DNA of 64,000 nt, taken from IMG/VR virus record IMGVR_UViG_3300009183_000081; one strand, written 5' to 3'. Positions within the stretch are counted from its first letter, which is position 1. Each line of letters starts with the position of its first letter. The notes beneath the pieces are model-generated. The model saw only the letters and a list, made by a program, of their open reading frames with translations. It searched no databases and had not been told where the DNA came from. This DNA is from an uncultured virus (IMG/VR IMGVR_UViG_3300009183_000081) (Duplodnaviria; Heunggongvirae; Uroviricota; Caudoviricetes). Made by a program: the position numbers and the translations under genes. This document shows, in pieces, positions 41,047 through 50,108 of the stretch.

Positions 41047-42159
41047 ATGAATATAGTAATCGACGGTAATGCTTTTCTAAACGTTGCGACAAGTATCGTT
41101 AAGAACATCCTCTCTGCAGATAAGCGTATCGGCGAGAAATACTATGTGTCAGATTTATTATCAGATGAAGAATTCATTCTCAAACAGGCAAGCAAAGATG
41201 CTTTTAGATCGTTCTCTCTGAATTATTTAGGAAGCATCTTTGCACCGTTTAAGGATAACATTACGTCAGTATTTTTTGTATTCGACTCTAAGAGCTGGAG
41301 AAAGAAATTTATCAAAGAACATTTTGCGGAGCACGGTGAAGGCGACTTCAGCTACAAAGGCCAACGTAAGTATGATGACAAAATCTATCTGTTTTTTGAT
41401 TATTTCCAAAATGATATTCTTCCCACTCTAACTGACGAATACGGTATTCTAGCAAACCGAGTACAAGGAGCCGAGGGCGATGACCTAATTGCTTACATCT
41501 GCGAAAATCTTAAAGAAGATATCTGCATCTGGTCAGTTGATAAAGATTTAACTCAATTACTAGAGAGCCGTGACCGTAAAGTTATTCTGCTAATGCCTAA
41601 ACAGCAAACCAAATTTAAAAAGGTTTACACAACAGAAGATTTCGATTCTCAGCCAGTTCAACCGGATATTGACCTATTTAATTTTGAAATGGGATCGATA
41701 GACAACTCAACGGTTGCAAATGTTATCAATGATCTAGTTAAAAAAGACTATCAACATTTTAAGATAGATCCAGCACTAGACGTCTTAACTAAAGTAATTG
41801 CAGGTGATCAATCTGACAATATTCCAAGATCTCATCCTAAACTAACTGCATCAAAGGTAACTAGAGTAATTGAGTTAATGAGAGAACGTGCAGACTGGCC
41901 GTCTATTAAATATCTAATAGACCAGAATGATTCTGGGTTCATGGAAGCATTGAATGATGTAATATGTGAAGTGCTAAAGATAAGTGATTCTGGTGAAAGC
42001 CTGACGATCAGAAACAACCTAAGCCGTAATCGTACAATAATTCGATTAAGCACAGCGGTATTTCCACAGGAAATCACAGAGGCTATTGCAAACTCCGTTA
42101 AACTTGAAAACCGTAGACGTTTTAACTATTTTAAATTTAAAAAAACATATAAGAGCTAA
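41047..42159 (+). CDS. rnh: 5'-3' exonuclease / T4 RNase H-like
   Basis: IVIDGN, FDSKSWRK, YKGQRK, AEGDDLIA, SVDKDLTQL and GDQSDNIP. Confidence 0.88.
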   Translation: MNIVIDGNAFLNVATSIVKNILSADKRIGEKYYVSDLLSDEEFILKQASKDAFRSFSLNYLGSIFAPFKDNITSVFFVFDSKSWRKKFIKEHFAEHGEGDFSYKGQRKYDDKIYLFFDYFQNDILPTLTDEYGILANRVQGAEGDDLIAYICENLKEDICIWSVDKDLTQLLESRDRKVILLMPKQQTKFKKVYTTEDFDSQPVQPDIDLFNFEMGSIDNSTVANVINDLVKKDYQHFKIDPALDVLTKVIAGDQSDNIPRSHPKLTASKVTRVIELMRERADWPSIKYLIDQNDSGFMEALNDVICEVLKISDSGESLTIRNNLSRNRTIIRLSTAVFPQEITEAIANSVKLENRRRFNYFKFKKTYKS

Positions 42160-42485
42160 TGAGCGAAAATAAAGAATTTACACCGTTATTCGAAAGAGTC
42201 CTAATTAAGCCGGACAGTGTCGAAACCAAAACAGAGACAGGCATCATCTTACCAGTTGAGTCCCGTAAACGTCCAAATACAGGCATTGTTATTTCGCTAG
42301 GTCACCTAGTTTCAGATAACTCAAAATGCCCAGTAAAAGAAGGCGACCGCGTTTTATACCAGAGATACTCTGGCTTAGATGTGAAAGTAAATGGCGAAGC
42401 GCATCATTTAGTTATGGCCAACGATTTAGTTGGAATTATAAATAATAATGCAAATAGCACAATTGAAATCGCAGACTATGCTTAA
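42159..42485 (+). CDS. groES: Co-chaperonin GroES
   Basis: PLFERVLIK, KTETGIILP mobile loop and VKEGDRVLY..YSG. Confidence 0.92.
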   Translation: MSENKEFTPLFERVLIKPDSVETKTETGIILPVESRKRPNTGIVISLGHLVSDNSKCPVKEGDRVLYQRYSGLDVKVNGEAHHLVMANDLVGIINNNANSTIEIADYA

Positions 42486-43053
42486 GAAATTCTCACAATT
42501 CATTAATGAAAAACGCGGCGGAACTAAACAGATCTTCTGTGATCTAGACGGAGTTATCGTTGATTTCAATCGAGGTTTTAAAAACATTGAAGCAAACGAC
42601 GATAAGCTGACTCCTGAAAAATACAATGACAAGCACGGTAAGCATTCCATGTGGAAAATTGTAGATCCGGAAGGCGAAAAGTTTTGGGCAAGATTAAAGT
42701 GGATGAAAGATGGTAGAGAGTTATGGGATTACCTATCTCAATATGACCCAATCATTCTGTCTTCACCTAGTCGTAGCAAACACTCAATTCCAGGTAAAAT
42801 GGAATGGATTAAGAGAAATCTTGGAATAAATCAAGCCAAACCAACTACATCAGCATCAGATTGGGATCCAGCTAGTCGAATCATCTTAAGTTCAGACAAA
42901 TTCAAATTTGCAAGATCCAAAGACGATATCCTAATTGACGATACTCGTGCTAAGTTGGACAAATGGACAGCCGCTGGTGGAACAGGTATATTCCACAACG
43001 ATGCAACTGATACAATTCGAGTTCTCGAGGAAATCTTTACGAAAAACGATTAA
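42478..43053 (+). CDS. HAD-family phosphatase (5'-nucleotidase-like)
   Basis: FCDLDGVIVDF, ILSSP, GKMEW and LIDD. Start moved to ATG 42478 (MLKKFSQFINE). Confidence 0.75.
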   Translation: MLKKFSQFINEKRGGTKQIFCDLDGVIVDFNRGFKNIEANDDKLTPEKYNDKHGKHSMWKIVDPEGEKFWARLKWMKDGRELWDYLSQYDPIILSSPSRSKHSIPGKMEWIKRNLGINQAKPTTSASDWDPASRIILSSDKFKFARSKDDILIDDTRAKLDKWTAAGGTGIFHNDATDTIRVLEEIFTKND

Positions 43054-43111
43054 AAAGTTCTTGGACTTAAACCAAGTGGTGGATCTCTGACCAATTCCGG
43101 TCGGCCCTAAC

Positions 43112-43143
43112 AAAAAAAGGACTCTTTCGAGTCCTTTTTTTTT
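43112..43143. terminator. Bidirectional intrinsic terminator
   Basis: A7-GGACTC-TTTC-GAGTCC-T run between convergent genes. Confidence 0.88.
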
Positions 43144-43174
43144 GTCTTAATTCAAACCGTTAAAAAGCAAGAGT

Positions 43175-43336
43175 TTACTTATTTTTAACGATTGACCAAA
43201 TACCGCCTGCTAGTGTTAAAACCGCACCAGTTAGTTCAGCATTTAAAGCGTCTGTAAGAATGCCTCTCATAATGAGAATACCGCCAACAAAGGTAAGTGT
43301 GTGTCTAACGATTCCTAGAAATTGTTCTTTTGTCAT
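43175..43336 (-). CDS. Small two-TM membrane protein, putative holin (53 aa; below the ORF track cutoff)
   Basis: MTKEQFLGIVRHTLTFVGGILIMRGILTDALNAELTGAVLTLAGGIWSIVKNK has two hydrophobic helices and a basic C-terminus. Confidence 0.65.
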   Translation of the reverse strand: MTKEQFLGIVRHTLTFVGGILIMRGILTDALNAELTGAVLTLAGGIWSIVKNK

Positions 43337-43393
43337 GTTTTTGTTGTTTTTTTTATTACAAAGGCCCTGTTAAGCTGAGTCCTAATTTTTTTC

Positions 43394-46300
43394 TTAGAAA
43401 GAAGGCGTAAATCCAGTTGAGTTAGAAGCAAGTTGACCTCCAGCTCTTGTGATTGTAATACGGTTGATAAATTTGTGGATTCCACGTGGGAAGTCTACAA
43501 TAATATCGATGATACCTGCATTATTCTCAAGAACTTCTGATCCATTGTTTGAATCATCAAAGATAACTTCAGCGCTTGCAATACCTCTAGCGTCTTGAAC
43601 AGCTGCTAAGTAATTCTTAACTAGAGTTTTAACTCTCATACGAGTAGTTACATCATTAAAGTCAAATAAGAAGTTCAATAAGATTCTTTCAATATCTCTT
43701 TCAATTGTAACTAGAGCCTCTCTAACGTGGATGTTATTAAGAGCAGATTTTACTCTTTGGTAACCTGTGTTGTTTGAGAATACCATTACTCCGAAACCTC
43801 TACGTCTAACGATCAAGTTGAAACCAACTGGCTCTAAGAAATCACGATCTTCATTTGTTAAATCATATTCTAATCCAGAGATTTCTCCATCAGTTAAAAT
43901 ACCGCGTTTACCGCCTACAATTGAGAAAGTATTTCCGCTTGTGTATTTTTTCATGAACGCATTTGCAACGTACATTGCCGGTGGAATTGATTTGTTCTTA
44001 CCGCTTTCAAAGATTACAACGTTTGGCATGAAATATGAAGAGTAAGAAGAGATTGGAATACCATTCTTATCTCCACTTGCAAATCCCATTGTAAACGCTG
44101 GATTTGAGTTTAAGTCTCCACCTGTTGCAATTGCTGCAGGCGAAACTAATCTAGTTGTTAGATCGATAAAGCTTGGATCAGCAGATCTTTCATATTGAGC
44201 AAATGATGGTGCATTACAGATAGCTAGTGCTTTTCCGTGATTTGCAGCAAGTTGAACAATTTGTTGTTTTGAGCTTGGTGAAATTTGACCTTCGAATGAA
44301 TCGATAATATAACGGAAATCAACGGTCTCATTGTCAGCCAATGTCATTCCTAAGTTACTACCTTCCATTACGAAATCTAAGATCTTATCTTGACGATCAG
44401 AAGTTCCATTTGGATAAAGGTCTACATCTGCTAATTTAAGAGCAGGAAGTATTGCACCTTTTAAGCTCTTAACGTAGTTTTTAATTCCTTTAAATACTCT
44501 GATTGTAGAACCGTCAAAGTTAATTCCTAAGTTATTTCCATCAACTGATGATTCAGTTGTGATTGTGTACTTAAGAGTAGTTACTGTGCTGCTTGATGGC
44601 CCAAACGCAGTTTTTTGTATTTTTTGAGCGTATACTGATTTAATACGTAGTGCACGGCCTCTTTCAAGAGGATCGCCATTACTGTCAGTTTTGATTTTTG
44701 CTTTGATGTATTGACCCGGTTTAAAGAAGTTATCTACAGTAAGTCTTTTTGATGAACTGTAAGAGTATCCAGCTGCAGCATTTGCAGTAGCACTTTCATT
44801 TTTTGCAGGGTTTCCATAAAGAGTTGGATCAACTTCAAAAACAATTTTGTTTGGAGCAAAATAGCTAAAGTTAATAAACATGTCAGTGTCGCTTAGATCA
44901 AAATCATGTTTAAATGAATCAGCTGTCGCATTTACAATCCATAAGTATTCATCACCACCATCTAAAATAGTTTCAATATCTACTTGATTTGTTCTTGTGA
45001 TGTCTGCGTAAACCGAGAATACTAAGTATTTTACTGAGTTTTGAGTTTTAAATTCTCCGTCAGTTCCAATGTATAAAGTTTGAACATTACTTGAAGCATC
45101 TGTGTACTTCAATAAGTCTCCGCTTTTAACGAATCCATTAGAGTATGCATTGTACAATTTGCTACCTTCAACTGCAATAATATTTGTAGTTGCGTTTAGA
45201 TCAACGTAAGTTTCTCCGTTTGCGTAAGTTGAAGAATATGTGTCAACTGCAAAATAGAAAGTCGAATCAGTTGGCTTAGTGTAAGATAGTGTATCAATAA
45301 GAGCAACTGGATCAATTCCAGTAATACCATTATCTACAGTGTATAGAGTTTTAGCAGTGTCTGTCGTATTTAATTCATCAACACCATAACCAACTAAGTC
45401 AATACGTTGTTCAGCCATAGGCTCAGTAGAAGATCCACTATCAAATGTTGCATTAGTTAAGTCAATTAAGTCTACTTTTCTTGAATCAAGAGCGCAATAG
45501 ATTCCAATTTGAGGAAATAATCTGTTGAAATTTGTATCTAATGAAACAAATGTACCAGTTAAATCTCTAAAGTCTGGAATAATACAACCTTGAGTTTTTG
45601 CAAGTAACTTAACCTCTTTTAGAGAAACGAAATCTCCGAGTTTAGAATCAATAATACCTGCTGCTGTGAAGTACTGTTTGTAAACTGGATCAGTTGACAA
45701 TTTCAAGTAATCATTCCAATTACCTTCAACCACTACTAATTCAACAAAATAGTCAGCAACAATATCATCTGGATTTAAAAATTCCGGAATTTCAACCTTA
45801 TCTCCTAACAAACGATAGTAATCCTTAACGCTAATATCATAACCGTTAGTATCAGCTACTCTAACCCAAGCAGTTACGTCTTTTCTAGATAAATTAACTA
45901 ACGTTAAAATTTTGTTAGCATCCTTATCAGCTTCACCGTATGTGCCTGGACTAAGAATATAATCATCTCCTAGTTTAATGTTCTTGTACTTATTAATTTG
46001 AGCAGCGTCAGCAAACCATAACTTTTGAGTGTTATAGAAATGAGACATTGCGTCAGAATTTGAGTTAGCTGACCAAGTTGAGTTATTCGAAGCAGCTTCG
46101 GAGTTAAAGGTCTTAAAGTAAGCAATATCACTATCACTAACTGGTAAAACGTTCAATGCATAAACTGGTCCTTGTCTTAACCCTACGTCTATCGTACGAT
46201 GAAAATAGCTACCATTTTTTTCTAATTTAGTATCGATTTCGCCGTATACTGCGTTTAGTGTTCGAGAGTCGTTTACGAGTACTACTGAATTGATTGGTCC

Positions 46301-46426
46301 TTTTTTGCTAGAGCCAATCACAAGTCTACCGGTTGAAATCGGAAGACTTAGGTTAGTGCTTTCGTCAATTTCAATTGTGTATACACCACTGGACTTGAAC
46401 CTGTTCAGATTTAATTTTTCTGCCAT
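43394..46426 (-). CDS. gp18: Contractile tail sheath protein (T4 gp18-like)
   Basis: SSGVYTIEID, GSSKKGPIN, DRDFLEPVGFNLI, SALNNIHVRE, FDFNDVTTR and FDDSNN. Confidence 0.92.
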   Translation of the reverse strand: MAEKLNLNRFKSSGVYTIEIDESTNLSLPISTGRLVIGSSKKGPINSVVLVNDSRTLNAVYGEIDTKLEKNGSYFHRTIDVGLRQGPVYALNVLPVSDSDIAYFKTFNSEAASNNSTWSANSNSDAMSHFYNTQKLWFADAAQINKYKNIKLGDDYILSPGTYGEADKDANKILTLVNLSRKDVTAWVRVADTNGYDISVKDYYRLLGDKVEIPEFLNPDDIVADYFVELVVVEGNWNDYLKLSTDPVYKQYFTAAGIIDSKLGDFVSLKEVKLLAKTQGCIIPDFRDLTGTFVSLDTNFNRLFPQIGIYCALDSRKVDLIDLTNATFDSGSSTEPMAEQRIDLVGYGVDELNTTDTAKTLYTVDNGITGIDPVALIDTLSYTKPTDSTFYFAVDTYSSTYANGETYVDLNATTNIIAVEGSKLYNAYSNGFVKSGDLLKYTDASSNVQTLYIGTDGEFKTQNSVKYLVFSVYADITRTNQVDIETILDGGDEYLWIVNATADSFKHDFDLSDTDMFINFSYFAPNKIVFEVDPTLYGNPAKNESATANAAAGYSYSSSKRLTVDNFFKPGQYIKAKIKTDSNGDPLERGRALRIKSVYAQKIQKTAFGPSSSTVTTLKYTITTESSVDGNNLGINFDGSTIRVFKGIKNYVKSLKGAILPALKLADVDLYPNGTSDRQDKILDFVMEGSNLGMTLADNETVDFRYIIDSFEGQISPSSKQQIVQLAANHGKALAICNAPSFAQYERSADPSFIDLTTRLVSPAAIATGGDLNSNPAFTMGFASGDKNGIPISSYSSYFMPNVVIFESGKNKSIPPAMYVANAFMKKYTSGNTFSIVGGKRGILTDGEISGLEYDLTNEDRDFLEPVGFNLIVRRRGFGVMVFSNNTGYQRVKSALNNIHVREALVTIERDIERILLNFLFDFNDVTTRMRVKTLVKNYLAAVQDARGIASAEVIFDDSNNGSEVLENNAGIIDIIVDFPRGIHKFINRITITRAGGQLASNSTGFTPSF

Positions 46427-46451
46427 CGCGTGCTATTGTTATTTTTTAAAG

Positions 46452-46524
46452 TTATTTATTTATCAATCTATTCCCAAAATTGAGCTATTTTAAGTCTAGT
46501 TTGCTATTGCTAGAGTTATTTATC
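46452..46524 (-). promoter_or_regulatory. Tandem late promoters (GATAAATAA) for the sheath gene
   Basis: TTATTTATTTATC at 46452-46464 and TTATTTATC at 46516-46524. Confidence 0.65.
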
Positions 46525-46594
46525 AGCAACCAAGGTGCTAAACTTAAACCCTTTTTCATTTATCGAATAAAAGAAACTATAAAACTGTACAAAT

Positions 46595-47062
46595 ATGGCA
46601 AATACTGACAATTCTTGCGCGAATTTAGAAATTGAAAACCTTTACTCAGCTAGCAAAGATACGCTAGGTGACATCATGACAATCCAGGCCGAGACTCAAA
46701 AAAATGTTTACGGCTATAACTTCCAAGACATGACATTACGTGATTTAATGACCTTTTGGCACATGAATAATCATGCAATGATCGACGAGATCCACGAGGC
46801 AACTGATGCTCTTGGCGGAATCAAAGACGGTGCAGGCAATGCAATCTGGAAGCGTTGGAAACAGGCTCACGAGAGCTTCTCTGACAAGAGATTCTCTGAT
46901 CTATCTGAATCTGATCAACTTGAATGCAAATTTGAGATTGTGGACATACTGCACTTCTTTATGAATTATGCAATCTCAGTCGGAATGACTCCTCAGGAAA
47001 TGTACAATATGTACATGTCAAAGAATGAAGAAAACCGAGCTCGTCAACAGAGAGGCTATTAA
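46595..47062 (+). CDS. All-alpha dUTPase/dCTP pyrophosphatase (gp56/dUTPase_2-like)
   Basis: DEIHEATDAL, WKRWK and FEIVDILHFFMN...YMSKNEENRARQ..GY. Confidence 0.8.
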   Translation: MANTDNSCANLEIENLYSASKDTLGDIMTIQAETQKNVYGYNFQDMTLRDLMTFWHMNNHAMIDEIHEATDALGGIKDGAGNAIWKRWKQAHESFSDKRFSDLSESDQLECKFEIVDILHFFMNYAISVGMTPQEMYNMYMSKNEENRARQQRGY

Positions 47063-47079
47063 TTTAGTATAATAATTTC

Positions 47080-47442
47080 ATGACACTATTAATTGAACAG
47101 CTCAATACAGCTTTGGGGTATCCAGGGCGTATGATATCCGGTAGTAAAAGCGGTTACCGTGACCGTCATCCAGATAACTTTGCAATTTTTAACTCAAATA
47201 TCTGCACAGAGTCCGGCAAAGTCTGGTTCGGCGATATTGATTTAACCTTGCAAAAAGAAGCTCTTTGCGAATTAGCGAAGGCTCATAATGAAACAATATA
47301 CGTCCTATATGAAATGGACGCGCGTTTTGAAAACGAGGAAACTCCTCTATTGGGAAAAGCCCCAATCAAATTTTTACCAGATGGCACGTTTAAAGTTGCC
47401 GATCGTTTAGTACAATATATTTCTAAATCCTTTTTTGAATGA
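47080..47442 (+). CDS. Hypothetical protein
   Basis: 120-aa ORF overlapping the polB start by 4 nt. Confidence 0.6.
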   Translation: MTLLIEQLNTALGYPGRMISGSKSGYRDRHPDNFAIFNSNICTESGKVWFGDIDLTLQKEALCELAKAHNETIYVLYEMDARFENEETPLLGKAPIKFLPDGTFKVADRLVQYISKSFFE

Positions 47443-48830
47443 TAGTAAGCACAGAATTTAATAGTGACGACTCTACGTTAGTCATCTCGTATTATGACGA
47501 GACTGGCAATATTGCGTTTGTAAAAAAACCAATCCAACAAACCGATCTTTTTAACTGGGCAACTACTCCAACTCCAACTGAGTTTAGAAATTGGGATAAT
47601 CGCTTTCTTAAAAAGGCTCCAAACAAGTGGTTAAGTCGTTTTCGTCTTGAGGAGTTAACTCAAAGCCGTTTACACCAATCTGAACTTGATCTAATCTATT
47701 CAGACCTTAGCCCCAAGAAATACTATCTCGATATTGAGATTCAATTGACTTCACAAGATTTCCCAGATCCAGCAAAAGCCTTGATGCCAGTTAACTTAAT
47801 TACGTTTGTTAACGAAGATAACGTGTGTTTCATTATGTCAACCATGAAAGACTTAGCACCAGACGTAATGCAACAAATGGAATTAGAGGTAAATGATTAC
47901 TTTAAAGCCCATAAACAAACATTCACGTTAAAATACTTGTTCTTTGAGAAAGAAGAAGATTTAATGGCAACATTTTTTCATAAAGTCCTTCCGAAAATTC
48001 CATTCTTAACTGGCTGGAACGTAATAGGATTTGACTGGATTTATCTTATTAATCGCTGCAAGCGTTTAAATATTGATCCAATGGAAACTATGCCATGTAA
48101 AAAAATGATTGGTCAAGCAAAAATGCCAATTCACTTAGGTCTTCTCGATTACATGGAAGTTTTCATGAATACTAAGCCATACAAAGTTGTTGAGAATTAT
48201 AAACTAGACTACATTGCAAATCTAGTGTTAGGTACCACTAAATTGCATAGTGAATACGCAACTATGATGGAAGCTCAGCAAGATATTGAGAATTTCGTTA
48301 AGTATAACGTGATTGATACGATTCTAGTCAAACTTCTTGAAGATAAACTTGGTCTACTTGACGTAGCTTTTGCGATTTCAAAATTTGCGAAGGTTGACGT
48401 ATCTAAAGTATTCTCAGCAGTATTCATCACTGAAGCCTTAATGTGCCGTGAATTCTTAGAGCGTGGCCGTTACATGGCAAATGATAAACGTGATATTGAG
48501 AGCGAAGCGACATACGATGGAGCATTCGTTGCAAAACCTGATCCAGGCTATTACAAGTACGTTTCATGTTTTGACTTTGCGTCCATGTATCCAAATATCC
48601 AAATCCAGTTTAATATTTCGCCAGATGCTTACATGGGTAAAAAGAAATCAGATTCTCAACTTACTCCTGAAACTATCTTAACTAAGAACGATACAATATT
48701 TACCAAGAAATTCGATTCAGCCGCTCGAACTATATTAACTCGATTGTATAATGGTCGTGTCGATACGAAAAACGAAATGAAAAAACTAGAAGAACAACTT
48801 CAAAGTGAAAAAACTACTAAAAATACTTAA
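47439..48830 (+). CDS. gp43: Family B DNA polymerase, N-terminal half only (exonuclease + motif A); split gp43-like
   Basis: LDIE, GWNVIGFDW, YNVID, YDGAFV and DFASMYPNI are present; TAA occurs in the fingers before motifs B and C. Confidence 0.85.
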   Translation: MIVSTEFNSDDSTLVISYYDETGNIAFVKKPIQQTDLFNWATTPTPTEFRNWDNRFLKKAPNKWLSRFRLEELTQSRLHQSELDLIYSDLSPKKYYLDIEIQLTSQDFPDPAKALMPVNLITFVNEDNVCFIMSTMKDLAPDVMQQMELEVNDYFKAHKQTFTLKYLFFEKEEDLMATFFHKVLPKIPFLTGWNVIGFDWIYLINRCKRLNIDPMETMPCKKMIGQAKMPIHLGLLDYMEVFMNTKPYKVVENYKLDYIANLVLGTTKLHSEYATMMEAQQDIENFVKYNVIDTILVKLLEDKLGLLDVAFAISKFAKVDVSKVFSAVFITEALMCREFLERGRYMANDKRDIESEATYDGAFVAKPDPGYYKYVSCFDFASMYPNIQIQFNISPDAYMGKKKSDSQLTPETILTKNDTIFTKKFDSAARTILTRLYNGRVDTKNEMKKLEEQLQSEKTTKNT

Positions 48831-48840
48831 GAAAATTATT

Positions 48841-49485
48841 ATGGGATACGATATTGATGCACTAATGGCTGTAAAAGACAGCTTTCAGAACCAAAACTTT
48901 CAATGGGTTAAAACTAAAGACCGTTCTAAATTAGGAAAGGTCGTTAAAGTAACCGACATTGCTCCAGGTAGAAATGGATACGTTGCTCAGTTGTCAGACG
49001 GTTCAACCATTCCAACTGACCGTCTAACTAGCGATCTATTAATGCTAATGGACGAACAACCTGCCTTATCAATGGAAGAGATCATGTCAATAAATTACGT
49101 ACCGGGACTATCAGACGCTGAAATTCAAGTAGCAGATACTATTCCAGCAGATTTTAAGCAGGAAATCTTGTCTCAGCCAAAGCCTCAAGTTCAAATAGAA
49201 CAAGCTTCACCTCAAGTTCAGGTCAGGACACCGAATTCTGAACCTGGTGATCTGTTTGGCATGTTTTCGCTAGAAGAGACTGACCTAAGCCTAATTGTAT
49301 CAGTCAAGTTGCCGGCTAAGAACTTGCTAAAGATGATGTATTCAAATTCACAAGATCAGGAACAATTCTTAAATAGGTTGGCCGGCTATATAAATAATAG
49401 TGTAACACCTGATTCAATTAAAGACTCATTAAGAAAGTCATTGGGTCAAGATAAAAAGAAGAAAATGGATGCAACTTCAGCCTAA
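48841..49485 (+). CDS. Hypothetical protein
   Basis: Probable ATG at 48841; no polymerase motifs. Confidence 0.6.
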   Translation: MGYDIDALMAVKDSFQNQNFQWVKTKDRSKLGKVVKVTDIAPGRNGYVAQLSDGSTIPTDRLTSDLLMLMDEQPALSMEEIMSINYVPGLSDAEIQVADTIPADFKQEILSQPKPQVQIEQASPQVQVRTPNSEPGDLFGMFSLEETDLSLIVSVKLPAKNLLKMMYSNSQDQEQFLNRLAGYINNSVTPDSIKDSLRKSLGQDKKKKMDATSA

Positions 49486-50056
49486 CAAAATAAACAAAAG
49501 CACTTCCCAAATTTTAGGTGGGGCATTTGATGTAGTTTCTTTGACTCGAGACACCGATAAAGCGGATCGTCTTATGTGCAAGGTAAACTACATTGCTGTT
49601 TTACCTTTTGAGAGAACAGCAGACGATCGTATTAAAGCAATTTACGGTCTAAAATTTGAAAATCATGCAACTGGCCAATCTGATACTAGTTTATTAGTTG
49701 ACACGGTTGATCCATCCAAAGACCAAACTCCATTCGACACAGTTTGTCGTGCTCTACTTGAAGAGGCTGGAGTAAATATTGAAGAGCTTGGAGTAGACGA
49801 GAACGATATTTACTATTTAGGTAATATTTCAACCTCAATTCCAGTTAATTCTAAGTTTAAGTGTTATGCAGTTGACTTAACTAAAGCTGCAAACCCAGAA
49901 TCACCAATCGAGTTCGCTCGAACCCTTTCCAAATCAAAATTCGACAAAGATTCTTCTGAAATTGTTAAACTTGGGTTTCACCAAGTTGTAAATGGCGATT
50001 TTACTGATTCAACTATCCTAGCCGGCTCATTTTTATTAGTTTCATACTTTAATTGA
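49469..50056 (+). CDS. Nudix-fold protein with degenerate Nudix box
   Basis: IAVLPF..., DQTPFDTVCRALLEEAGV, YLGNI and CYAVDLT. Confidence 0.6.
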   Translation: MQLQPNKINKSTSQILGGAFDVVSLTRDTDKADRLMCKVNYIAVLPFERTADDRIKAIYGLKFENHATGQSDTSLLVDTVDPSKDQTPFDTVCRALLEEAGVNIEELGVDENDIYYLGNISTSIPVNSKFKCYAVDLTKAANPESPIEFARTLSKSKFDKDSSEIVKLGFHQVVNGDFTDSTILAGSFLLVSYFN

Positions 50057-50082
50057 AACTAGAGTGAATCTCAGTGTACAAG
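50055..50082 (+). promoter_or_regulatory. Promoter GAAAC-N17-TACAAG upstream of uvsX
   Basis: Same motif and spacing. Confidence 0.6.
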
Positions 50083-50108
50083 AATACTGAAATTAAACTC
50101 TAAATAAA

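Noticed and set aside
48780..49485. Frameshift or readthrough joining polB to the next ORF
   Set aside because: The stop is TAA and the downstream ORF has no motif B or C, so fusion would not restore a polymerase.
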